Below are positions 1 to 10,715 of a stretch of DNA of 50,253 nt, piece by piece. The DNA is from Spirogloea muscicola (Eukaryota), in assembly GCA_009602725.1 (NCBI GenBank), contig WELB01000017.1:214184-264436 (forward strand). Reading direction: 5' to 3'. The notes under the pieces are model-generated. The model did no database searches and was not told the origin of the DNA. It saw nothing but the letters and a program-made list of their open reading frames with translations. Within the stretch, counting starts at the first letter, position 1. Each line of letters opens with the position of its first letter. The position numbers and the translations under genes are program-made.

Positions 1-3000
1 GCAGCGGCGTGGCTCCAGGCCCTCCCACTCAACGACGCCCTCGCCCTCCCGGACGAGGTCTTCCGGAGCGCCGTCCACAGGCTCCTCGGCCTGCTGCCGC
101 CATGCCTCCAGGGCGTCCGTCAATGTGAGTGCGGTGAGCGCGGGACCGAGCAGGGGGAGCTGGCTGCGCACGTTCTGCGCTGCTCGCACGGCGGCGAGCG
201 GACAGCGGCCCATGACCGCCTCCGGGACGCCATGCATGGCATCCTGGTGGAGGCGGGCTTCTCCGTGGCTGCGGAGCACTCCGGCGTCATGCCGCTCCAG
301 GCCAGGGCCGACGGTCTCCACGCCCGTCGTGTCGACCTGGTGGCCACCCCTCAAGCTGGTGGGCCACGTCTCCTCCTGGACGTGGTGACTACCGACGCAT
401 TCGACCGCTCCCACCCAGCCCAGTGTGCCACCAAGCTGGGTACGCGGTCGCCTGCGCCGCTCGGGCAAAAGAACTGAAGTACGCTGACCATCCGCCGGCC
501 GACGAGTTCTTCCCGCTGGCTATCGACACACACGGGGCGTCGGGTGCTCGGTGGCTCGAACTGCTCCACCAGCTTGCCCGTCACGCCGTCGCTCGCCGCT
601 TCCATGGGGAGCCGGTGGACTTTCCTGCAGCCGGGTCGCTCGCCCAGGTGTATCGCATGCGCCTGGCCGTCTCGCTGCAGAGGTCAATGGCCCGTGCGCT
701 GCACCTGCGTGCCGGCCGCGCCCTCGCTGCTGCCTCTGGCTCTGGCCAGGGGACGTCCTTCCAGGAACATAGCCTCTCTGACCTGCGATTGCTTAGCAGG
801 GGTTACTGAGTAGTTAGTAGCTGCTTTGTTTCTTCTTGTGTGCTTCTTTCTTAGTGCTTCGCCTTAGTGCTTCGCCTGGCCCCCTTCTTCTTGGGCTTCT
901 TGTACTCTGCTCATTCTTTTTTGGGCTGGCTGTTCCAGCCCCTATCCTCAATGGGCAAGCTCTTTCTTCTTCAAATGTTGCAGATGGATGCTCAGTAACC
1001 ACGAGTGAGCAACAGCAAATGCCTTTTCGTCGTTTCTTCTTCTCTAGCTGCCTAGCTGTGTGTTTTTAGTTTTTTGTTTTTTTGGCTTTTGACATTGTCC
1101 ATTCTTTCTGGGCTGGCTTTGCTGGCCCCCTTTCCCTATGGGCGCGCTCTTTCTTTCTTTCGAAGCAGGAAAAGCGGCACTCTGCCGAGACCCTTTTTCG
1201 AGCGATGCCCGGCTTCAACGCCGTCGGTTCGCTCGCATAAGTCTTCCGAATGCGCTTGGCGGCATCGGTTCAACGCTCACTTGCCGACGCCGTCCACACG
1301 CGAGCAGGCCGTGCTATGGCCGCCGCCTCTGAGTCTCGGCGGAGTTCCTCTTTCTTCTTGTCTTCTTTCCCAGCAGCGAGCTATTCCATTAGCGCTTCCT
1401 CTAACCCCCCTTCTCGTACTTTGTTCATTCTTTTTTGGGCTGGCTTTTCCAGCCCCTATCCTCAATGGGCGAGCCCTCCTTCCCTACTCCAACCTGTTGC
1501 TGACTAGAGGTTACTGAGAGCCTCCTTGTCGTCTTAGCACTTAGTCCCCTGCTTTCTGCGCCATTCGGCTCCTCTTGACCTTGTCCATTCCTTTTGGGCT
1601 GGCTTCTCCCAGCCACCAGTCAATTCGGCCGCGCTTTTCTCCATTCCAACCTGATGTTGCTCACTCGCGGATACTGAGCTTCCCGCTGCATCGTCTCGTG
1701 ATTTAGTCGTGTTTTGTAGGGTAGTCCTATTTCGGCACCTCTTTCTTTGGCTTTGGACATGGTCCATTCTTTTTGGGCTGGCTTTGCCAGCTCCTCTTCT
1801 CTATGGGCGAGCACTTTCTTCTTTATTCGTAGCTGCTTGACTCCATGTGTGCTCGCTTTAGCAATTTCCCTTGGCCCCTTCGACCTTTGTTCATTGTCTT
1901 GTCTGGGCTGGCCTCTCCCAGCCACCGCCCTCTCATGGAAGCGTCTATCTCATCCTTGCTTCCGTGAGTCTACTGCCTCGCTCTTTTTCGGGCTAGCTTT
2001 TCACAGGCCTCACCCCTTTTGGATGAGCACACTTGACATTGTGGGCGTGCAACCTGTGGAGGACCACGGACCTTGGTCGATGTTGTTGTTACGGAGGCCA
2101 ATAAAGGTCCAGTCCAGCATCGACGCACATCGATGGCCACGCAGTGGGCGGTGCAGAACAAACGAACCTGCAGCATCACTCCGATTACCCCCAATGCGAT
2201 CAGCTCCTGCCAGCGGCAGTCGACATCTTTGGCTATTTGAATCCTCGTTTCCATACTCTCCTTCAGAATTTTGCCAATCTAGGCTACACACGACATGCAG
2301 ATGTGTTCCCGATTGAGATGGGCTTGCCAGCTGCATATCTGTCGTTCTTGCGATGACGAGTTTTGGCCTGTTTGCAGCGTGCTCAGGCTAATGCTTTGCA
2401 CCAGAAAGCTGGGCGAGCTCTAGTTGGTGGCATGAGGGCTTCGTATCTGCCATCTAGTATTCAGGCAGAGTAGCGACCTTATATTTCGACCCGTGGTTAC
2501 TGAGCGGGTCAATCTGCTGTAGGTTATGTAGGTCCTTAGATGTGTTTCGCCTTTGTATTTGGCCATTTGGCCTTCGTTTGTTTCAAATACACGAAATTTT
2601 TTTCCTTTGGATGAGCTTAAAAAAGAAGTGTCTTACAGAGATCTCGTATATTTTGCGCCTTTCGGCCTCTCAGACCTTGTCCGTCCGTTTTGGGCTGACA
2701 TTTCACAGCCCATTCCTGAGACAGCGCTTCTGATCCCTTCGAACCCTGTCAATTCTTTCCGGGCTGGCTTATCTACGCTGTGCCCGACGCGTGTCGTCAG
2801 GACGGCGGTCCACTGGCTCCTGGGCCTCCTTCCTCCCTGCCTCGTCGCTGTGGTGAAGAGCGAATGCGGAGCTCGCCATGCCGACGCTGCGGAGCTGGCT
2901 GCACACATGCTCCGCTGTCCGCATGGAGGAGAGAGGACCGGCTCCCACGACGTCCTGCGGGACGCCATGCATAGCGTGTTCCTGGAGGCGGGCTACTCGG

Positions 3001-3860
3001 TCGCGGTGGAAAACACTTCCATCATGCCCATCCAGCTGGGCGCGGACGTCCAGCTCCACACCCGGCGTGCTGACCTGGTCGCCATACAGCCCGGAGGGTG
3101 TCCCTGCATCACTACGGATGTGGTGACTGCTGACTGCGTCGACTCCGCCAGCCCCATCAAATTGGCGTCGACCGCAGGGCACGCGGTCGGCACGGCGGCT
3201 CGTGGCAAGGAGCGCAAGTACGCGGATCACCCAGTTGGGGACGAATTCGCGGCACCTGCGATCGACGTGTGCGGGGCCTACTGCGGTCGCTGGCCGGATC
3301 TCCTGCAGCGGCTTGCCCGGCAGGCCATCGTTCGCCGGCCGGGTCAGCCAGGGGAGCTGCCGGGCTTCAACGCTGCTGGCTCGCTTGCGCAGGTTTTCGC
3401 ATGCAGCTCTCCGTCTCTCTCCAGCGCTCCCTGGCTCACGCAGTCCACTTGCGAGCAGGCCGCGCAATGGCTGCTGCCTCTGGGTCTCGACGGAATGCCT
3501 CTTTCCCAGCTGCGACTTACTCACTTTTTGCTGCTCACTTGTGGGTACTGAGCTTCACTCTGCAGTCGTGTAGTATCTCCCACAGCCATTGCCTTCACAA
3601 CAGTAGCTGTGTCTTCCTTTCCTCGGAGGAGCTTGCTTCTTTCTTTCCTCGCCTCGCCTCGCCTGTTATGGGCTATCTACAGCCCCCGCCTTAAAATGAA
3701 CGAGCGGTTGTGTCGCCCCCTTGTCCATTCTTTTAGGCTGGCCTCTCACAGCCACCAGTTAACTTGGTAGCGCTGTTTCCTTGATTGCTTTGATTCTTTT
3801 TGGGTTGGCTTTGCCAGCCCCTCTTCTCAACGGGCGAGCACCTTCTTTGAGCAGCTTGTT
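1..3860 (+). mobile_element. Tandem cluster of 5'-truncated non-LTR retrotransposon 3' ends (CRE-clade-like, restriction-like endonuclease), degenerate
   Basis: Frame 1 from base 1 reads AWLQALP..FRSAVHRLLG..CECG..AHVLRC..RTAAHDRLRD..E..RRVDL..LLDVV. After a frameshift near 438 it continues KELKYADHP..FFPLAIDTHG..LAVSLQRSMARALH..RGY* (stop at 809). This is a CCHC knuckle plus a PD-(D/E)xK restriction-like endonuclease, typical of the C-terminus of CRE-type elements. Further copies lie at about 1190-1380, 2030-2503 (more diverged) and 2775-3551. About 11 copies of the 3' motif CATTCTTTTTGGGCTGGC..CAGCC are interspersed. Confidence 0.8.
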
Positions 3861-4417
3861 CTTTCTCGCGACAAGGGGGGGGTTATCGTTATTTTATCGA
3901 GTGCAATGCCCCCGCCGCGCACGGGCAGCGCCCAGCCTCGGCGGTCCCGGAAGGCCCTGCCGGCACTTCGGAAGCAGCCAGACACTGGTTAGGCACACAT
4001 AGCCCGCAGAGGACCCGTCCTCACGTGCTGACGCCGCCGGCATGAGTTACTGTGCACCGTCCGATCGGCGATGGTTGGGCCTTGAATACACCACGGATCC
4101 GATCTGACGACATTGGTGTGTCTCGCAGACGCGAGGGGGCAGCAGTCGGGAACTTAGAGCCACCGGCGCCGTCCGATCGGCTCGATCTCGGGGAGCATTC
4201 GCTCACGGAAACGATCTCGCTACCGCGCCGGCAACGGTCCCGCCGTTGGTGAGGGCGCGCCCCGCCGACCGGGGGACGGCCTGCCGTTACCACCCCCCCT
4301 CCTCTCTCCCTCTCCCCGGCCTCCCCTCACAGCCACCGTGTGACCCGTCCCTTCTCGGCCCGGCCTCCGCCGAATCCGCCTGGCCCGGCCCCCCCCCGCC
4401 GCCGCGCGCTGGCCGCC

Positions 4418-7400
4418 ATGGCGGGCGAGCGCCTCCGCGGNNNNNNNNNNNNNNNNNNNNNNNNNNNNNNNNNNNNNNNNNNNCCGGCGCCGCCGTCGGC
4501 GGCGACGGCGATGCTGCGGCGGGCCAGCTGGATGCGCGCGCCTTCGACGACCCGCCGGCGCTGCCCCGGCGCAGACTCGTCGACGACCGCCACGACGGGG
4601 CCGCCGCGGCGGACGAGAACCCGGAGCACTACGACGAGGACATGGAGGGCAAGGACGCGGCGGCCAAGGGCGGCGAGGACATGCAGGCCACGTTCAACAA
4701 GATGCTGGACAGCCTGGAGGACGTCGAGGAGCAGGTGAGCGCTCCACCGCCGCCGTGCTACCGGCTTCAGTGGCGTCGTGGCTTTGCGAATCGGACGGCC
4801 CCGACGGCCTCCGCCGCGGCCCGGGGAACGTCGAGGCGCGCGTCGTCACACGAGGCCGTCGTCCATCTGTGCCGCGAGTTGCCGATGGACGCGCCGGCGA
4901 ACTGCTGACAAGAAGCGGCGGGGCTTATGGCTTTCGGTCGAGTGCGAGATTGTCAGCTGCCTGCGGCGGCGACACCGTCTCCCGCTCTCGTCTGCGGAGG
5001 CAGCTTCGGTCGTCCTCGCTGCACTCGATCCAGGGCATGGCCTGCGGTAGCTCGTCCGTCTGACGGTCCCGGCTGCGCCGCATCTAACGGCAGCGTTGCC
5101 CATTGGGAGCGGCCAGGGAGCTGGCCGCTTCAACGAGACCCTGGAGAAGCAGGAGGCGGTGCTGGAGACCGTGGCGCGCGTCGGGAAGCACCACCACAGG
5201 TCAGCTTGTCGTCATCAGGGATTGATGCTGGCGGGTGCTCTGACGCCTTACTGGACCGACCACGGTTGCATGTCATTCTCGGTGCTCGTTCAGTGTTCGT
5301 TGTAGTGCTGCAGTGTCCGGCAGAAAGCTCGAGAGCTCTGACAACCCACTTCGTCACACGAGTGTTGTCAGATGAGTGGCCAGGCAAACCTGGCGTTGGC
5401 TGAGTCTCTTGCTGTGTTCACAGGGTTCCGGCCATGCCCCCGCCGACAAACGAGGCCGGGAGCGAGGACGACGGCCAGGCTAGGGCAGCTGATGGCGGTA
5501 GCACAGGAGCTCAGGGGGCTCTCGTAGAGAAGGAGGAGGAGAAGGAACGAGACGGTGGTGGTCAAGCTGGGTCCGGGGACCGCAAGCCGTGGCTGGAGAC
5601 GTTCTTCGGGGGGGCCTCCAAGGAGCAGCTGCGGCCCAAGGTCAGCATCCGCTACTAATCTAATGCGTGCAGATATGTTGATGTAATTGACTTTGACTTT
5701 ATTGATTTTGATTGATGTTATCGACATTTTAGGGCTCTTATCCTAAATTGGTTATCGTGAAATATGTGACCTTAACGAATCGGCTCTCACTGTCGTGTGT
5801 GCCGCCAGAATGACACTGCTGTCAATGCTTCTGAGGTTGCGGTGGCAATGGGCGGCAAGTCGGCCGAGGAGCTGGGCAAGGACCAGGCCAAGGCGAAGGA
5901 TCTGGACGAGGCGGCCAAGCAGAAGCAGAGCGAGAAGGAGGAGAACGAGGCCGTGGACGACCTCCCCCGCCTCATCGACTCCAAGGTGCACTGAAACAGG
6001 ATGTTTGTCAGCAGAACACAGTAGAGTTTTCGATAGCTGCTAAAAAAGTACGTTACATAACCCTTTCTCTAGTAGCTCAGCGGTCAGAGCAAATGGCTGT
6101 TAGCACTGATTGAATCAGTGCAGCTAACAATTGATGTAGCAGCAGCAGCTCCCTCCTCCTTCCAGAAGAGCAGAAGACTTGCTGAGCACCCCATGCCTGT
6201 GCATGCTCGTGGAGGCGCAATCCTGCTTGCAAGCTTACGCGCCAAGCGTACTTTACTGTTGCAGGACAATGAGTACGTCATCAGCAACCCAGGCAAGGGC
6301 TCCCAGATGCAGCTGCAGGAGGATCTGACTCTCATCTCAGACATAGTGAAGGTAAAAGTTGAACTCATGCTTGTCCGGCATGTCAGAGGGCTGAGATTCA
6401 TCCAAGAGTGCAAGATGCCATTACATATTGCACTGATGGGAAATTGGCAGGCATGCATGGTGAAGGAGCTCAGTGATGCAGATAGAGCTCTTTTGCCGGC
6501 ACCTGCTGCTTGCCCAGGGTCTGAGTCTCCTCAGCTCCTCTGGAGGTGCAGATCATTGTGGCAGCAGCTGTCGGCGGCTTGATCTGCGGCATGCTCGGGC
6601 AGCCACTGATTCTGGGCTACCTCGCCGCCGGCATGGTCGTCGGACCTGGTGGGCTCAAGCTGATCCATGAGCTCGTTCAGGTGCGAATGCACTCATGCGC
6701 TGAGTGCAAGATGCCAGCAGCTTGTAGCTTCTTCACCCAATGGCTTACCTGGAGTGCTGTCATGCGTTGTCGCCCTCTGATGATGATCAAGTTCCTGTCA
6801 AGGCATAGTTTTCCCATGAGAGATCCTCACTCCTCAACACATGCCGTCGACAGAGCTAGCTTCACATGGCTTGTTTGCACATTGACTCTTGGCCTTACAT
6901 TCCCATCTGAGTCAAATTGTCATGCAGGTGGAGACGCTGGCGCAGTTTGGAGTCGTGTTCCTCCTCTTTGCGCTGGGCGTGGAGTTCAACATCTCCAAGA
7001 TGCAGGGCGTGCACAGCGTCGCGCTGGGCGGAGGAGCGCTGCAGATTGGCTTTGCTATACTCCTGGGCGGCCTGCTGGGGTCCTCGGCTCCTCAGGGCAT
7101 CTTTGTAGGTACGGCTCAGGCTGTTGTAATGGTAGCATCAGGCCCCATGCTTTTGTCATTTACTCCTCAGTTATACATAACTGGTACACTACATCAAGTC
7201 AAGGACTTGATATATTGTACTTGCAGAAATTCATGCCTTGATGATTGCCTGACATAAGCGTTGAGTTTGGAGATCACAAGTCACAGCTCTGAAGCACAGT
7301 CCTCGTTACAAGCAGGTGCCTTCTTGTCAATGTCATCAACTGCTGTTGTGCTCAAGTGCCTAATGGATTCCAATATGAGCAACACAGAGCATGGCCAGGT

Positions 7401-9933
7401 GAGGACTCAACCATTCCTTAATCTCAAGCGCCCTACAATGTGCATGTCAGTCTTCCTATCTATCATCATATTCTGAACTATGTTAGGTATACCTGCAATT
7501 GTGGCAGCTGAACTGACACGTTGTGCTCTGTTGTCATACCTTTTTATCCCCCCAGAAACAGCTTGATTCCTTGCATTGTGGCAGTGTAACAGGACTTACT
7601 AGGCCACTCCACCACTAACCCCTGCTTGGCGTTCATCTGCAGATTATGCTGGGGACCCTCATCCTGCAGGATTGCGCGCTTGGCATCCTCCTGGCGGTCA
7701 TGCCGGCGCTGGCATCCAAGACAGGCGGCGTTGTTGCCATCCTGTACGCCCTGGGCCGGGAGCTTGTGCTTCTCGTTGCCTTTTGCCTCCTGGCCTGGGC
7801 GGCCGCGAAGCTCCTCATCCCCCGCTTCCTGCGCACTCTCATGCGGCTCGTCAAGTGCAACTCGGAGCTCTACCAGATGGCCGTTGTCGCTGTATGCCTC
7901 TCAGTTGCGCTCCTCAGCGAGTGGACCGGCCTCAGCCTGGAAGTTGGGGCATTTGTTGGTGGCCTCATGCTGTCAGGTACGCACTTGCGTTGCTGCTCTG
8001 TGTACAGCATAGCCCTGTTACGTTCTTAGTGCCTGGCATTGTGCACCTTCTCTTATTGCAGCTGAGGTCATTGCACACAGATTGATGCAACTGAAGTTGG
8101 GGCTTATGGCACTATTTGATAGAAGTGCAGATCATGTAGAGCTTGGCATCTAGGGCTGATCATCTTACAGTTCTAAACCCTGGATGCTAAGCCTGAAGAC
8201 CATCTTCTTAGTCTTGACCTTCAAAGCCTAAAGCCAGACTATCTTATGGCTGGGGTGCAAGCAGGGAATGCTTACAGCGAGCGGACTCTGCACCAGGTCG
8301 AGCCAATTCGCAACATGTTCGCAGCGCTCTTCCTGGCGAGCATTGGCATGGTCATGCACCCCGTGTTCCTGTGGCAGCACAAGGACATACTTCTCACCGC
8401 CCTCGCCGTCGTCTTCTTTGGCAAGGCGCTCCTCATTGCTGTTGTGGTAAGAACGTTGTCTTGACTCATCATACACCTATATGCAATTGCACAATTTCAT
8501 GGCTCTCCTTATATGAAGAGAGAATGTACAGCAATTGCATTAGTCTTTGTAGGATTTGACTACGTGAGCAATGGGTGGATCAGTATCGATATCATCTCAT
8601 CGACCTCTGGGATAGCAGCTCTTGATTGCTGCTTGCATATCATTCTTAAGAATGGCTTTGCACTGACGCCGATGTCCTCGCCCATGTCCATGGTCTGGCT
8701 GCTGCCTCATGCCTCATGCTCTTATGCCTTTTCGAGGCCGCAGGTGAAGGTCTTTGGGTACACGGCGAGCACGGCAGTAAGCGTGGGCATCGCGCTCGCG
8801 CAGATTGGGGAGTTCTCTTTCGTGCTCCTTAGCCGTGCCCAGGCTCTCAACCTTGTGTCTCGCCAGGTGTACCTCCTCCTCATGGGCACCACGGCGTTGT
8901 CGCTGGTGCTCACGCCCTTCGCTTTCAAGCTTGTGCCATACATCCTTGCGACCCAGGTATGGAAGATTGCCACTACTCATTCAGCTGCCTGTAATGCCAT
9001 TACGCCCCACGGGCATGATCTAGCTCGCCTGCCAGTTGCCACCCGCATGTTCTCATTGCTCAACACTGATGAAGTAGCGTAGCCCAAGATCGAGTTTCAT
9101 AGGCCATTTTGGCAATCCTTATGGGAGCTGTTGGGAGCAGCTACCGTTGTTACTCTTGATTGTTTCTATTCCGAGTTGGGCTTAGCTGGTGCAGCAGAGG
9201 TGCGCAGAGCATGTCAGAGCTGGGATTGAGGTCCTCCGCTTGCCTTGTTCTGCATTGGGAGCAGAGCCTTGGAGGCGGCAAGAAAGTGCGCTACAGCGGC
9301 AGCGACAAAGACCACCAGATGCTTCCACTAGTCATCACGAACCACCGGGAGGAGGCAGACTCGATGACCAAGCGGCCACGTGGCAGCGCCAAGGCCGCTG
9401 CGGCACTGGATGGCCTGGACGTTGCGGCATCCCCACAGACCCCTCTCATGCAGTCCCAGGGGGCCACCGACTACTCTCCCAGGTGAGCCTCAGCTTCACT
9501 GTGACTCCACTTTGCTGCAAGGTTGGCAGCGTGCTTCACAAATTGCAAATGGGTAGTATTATCAAAGTCGGATGTGACTTAGATTCTTGGGGTTTGGCTT
9601 GGTTAGTTGGTCTAGAGCAATTAGTGGATGCACTGCCGCACGCACGTATTTACGGATGTTGACGCGCGTTGTTGCAGCGACTACGCTTCGTCACTCACGA
9701 GGAGAGACTCGGGGAGGGCCGATGAGGGCCGGGAGGAGGAAGCGGAGGAGGTGGGCGAGGAGGCGGGAAGTGGCGGCGGGGGAGTTGGGAAGGCAGCACT
9801 CTTGTCGCCGACCACACCCAGCCGGGCGATGATGCGGCGGCCCCTGTCAGCGATGCTGGGCATGGGTGGTAGCGGTGGCAGCGGCAGCAAGAGCTGGCGG
9901 GGCGGCTCCGAGAGCGAGCACCATCACAGGTGA
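4418..9933 (+). CDS. KEA: K+/H+ antiporter, KEA4/5/6 (CPA2, TMCO3-like) type; multi-exon, N-terminus interrupted by an N gap
   Basis: Exon peptides include QEAVLETVARV (~5150), RLIDSK|DNEYVISNP (5985|6265), GQPLILGYLAAGMVVGPGGL (6552-6680), VETLAQFGVVFLLFALGVEF (6928-7108), GAFLSMSSTAVVLKCL, GTLILQDCALG (7643-7977), QVEPIRNMFAALFLASIG (8265-8446) and LAQIGEFSFVLLSRA (8744-8956). The last exon is 9678-9933. The start codon and the first two junctions are uncertain. Confidence 0.9.
6066..6103 (+). pseudogene. 5' half of a tRNA-Asn(GUU)-like sequence inside a KEA intron; possible organellar DNA fragment
   Basis: TCTCTAG-TA-GCTC-AGCGGTCA-GAGC-A-AATGG-CT-GTT-AG gives the acceptor 5' strand, an intact D-arm and an anticodon loop with GTT. 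The 3' half is missing and replaced by a fold-back (TGTTAGCACTGAT-tga-ATCAGTGCAGCTAACA). Confidence 0.5.
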
Positions 9934-10715
9934 CGTAGGGGGGACAGAGCCGACGCTCGGACCATGCTGGACTCGGCGCCGGAAGCTTCGCAGTCCCCCA
10001 GGTACATACATACGGCAAAGTGGGCCATGTGAGCCGCTGTGCTGAGTACAACCAGTCGAGCTTACTGCTTGTCATCTGATTTTGGCAACAACTACTGTGT
10101 GCACCAGAGCCGTTTGCACTGAGCCTACCCCAAATTCTCAGTCTGCCAGCTTCGTGTAAGCATGCCCACATAGTCATCTGCAGGCTCGCTTGCCTCGTAC
10201 AGGTCCCTAGCGAGCCCCCCTTGTCAGCGTTCAGACACTTTCTTGCCTTTGCTCTGTCCTGCGACACCTTCCCCTCCTTCCTAGCAGGATAGAAGGCACA
10301 TTCATTCATTGATCTATTTAATGCTTCCCTCGCCCAATTTGGAGCTTTTCGCTCTGCGAATCCTTCATGCCAGGCACATCTGTGATGCGCACACAATTTC
10401 CTGATGTTGTCACTGAGAAGCAGATATCATATTGGACGAGCTCCGTCACTAGTGCCAGGAATGACGCACATCTTGCTGCTCTCACAAGCCATGAGTGTCC
10501 AGAGGTCGCTCCCACTTGGTCAAGACGAAGAGTTGGCTTTCCAGCTGTATTTAAGATGCTCTTGCTGAAAGATCTCGGAATAATGGACAGGGTCAAGTGC
10601 ATAAAGACGGGAGTCGACCAGCACAATTTAATTGCACTGCACGAATCAACTTAGATGATGGCCAGATCGCCTCCCCTAAGAGGAAGTGACACAGCTCTGA
10701 GAATCTACAAAGCAT

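Noticed and set aside
920..965. Motif GGCTGGC..CCAGCC..TGGGCAA as an HDV-like ribozyme
   Set aside because: The similarity is superficial. I could not build the nested double pseudoknot, and the motif marks element 3' ends rather than 5' ends.
905..3860. Recurring TTTTGGGCTGGC..CAGCC motif read as a CRISPR array
   Set aside because: The repeats are degenerate and irregularly spaced, the intervening sequences are homologous retrotransposon fragments, there are no cas genes, and the context is eukaryotic.
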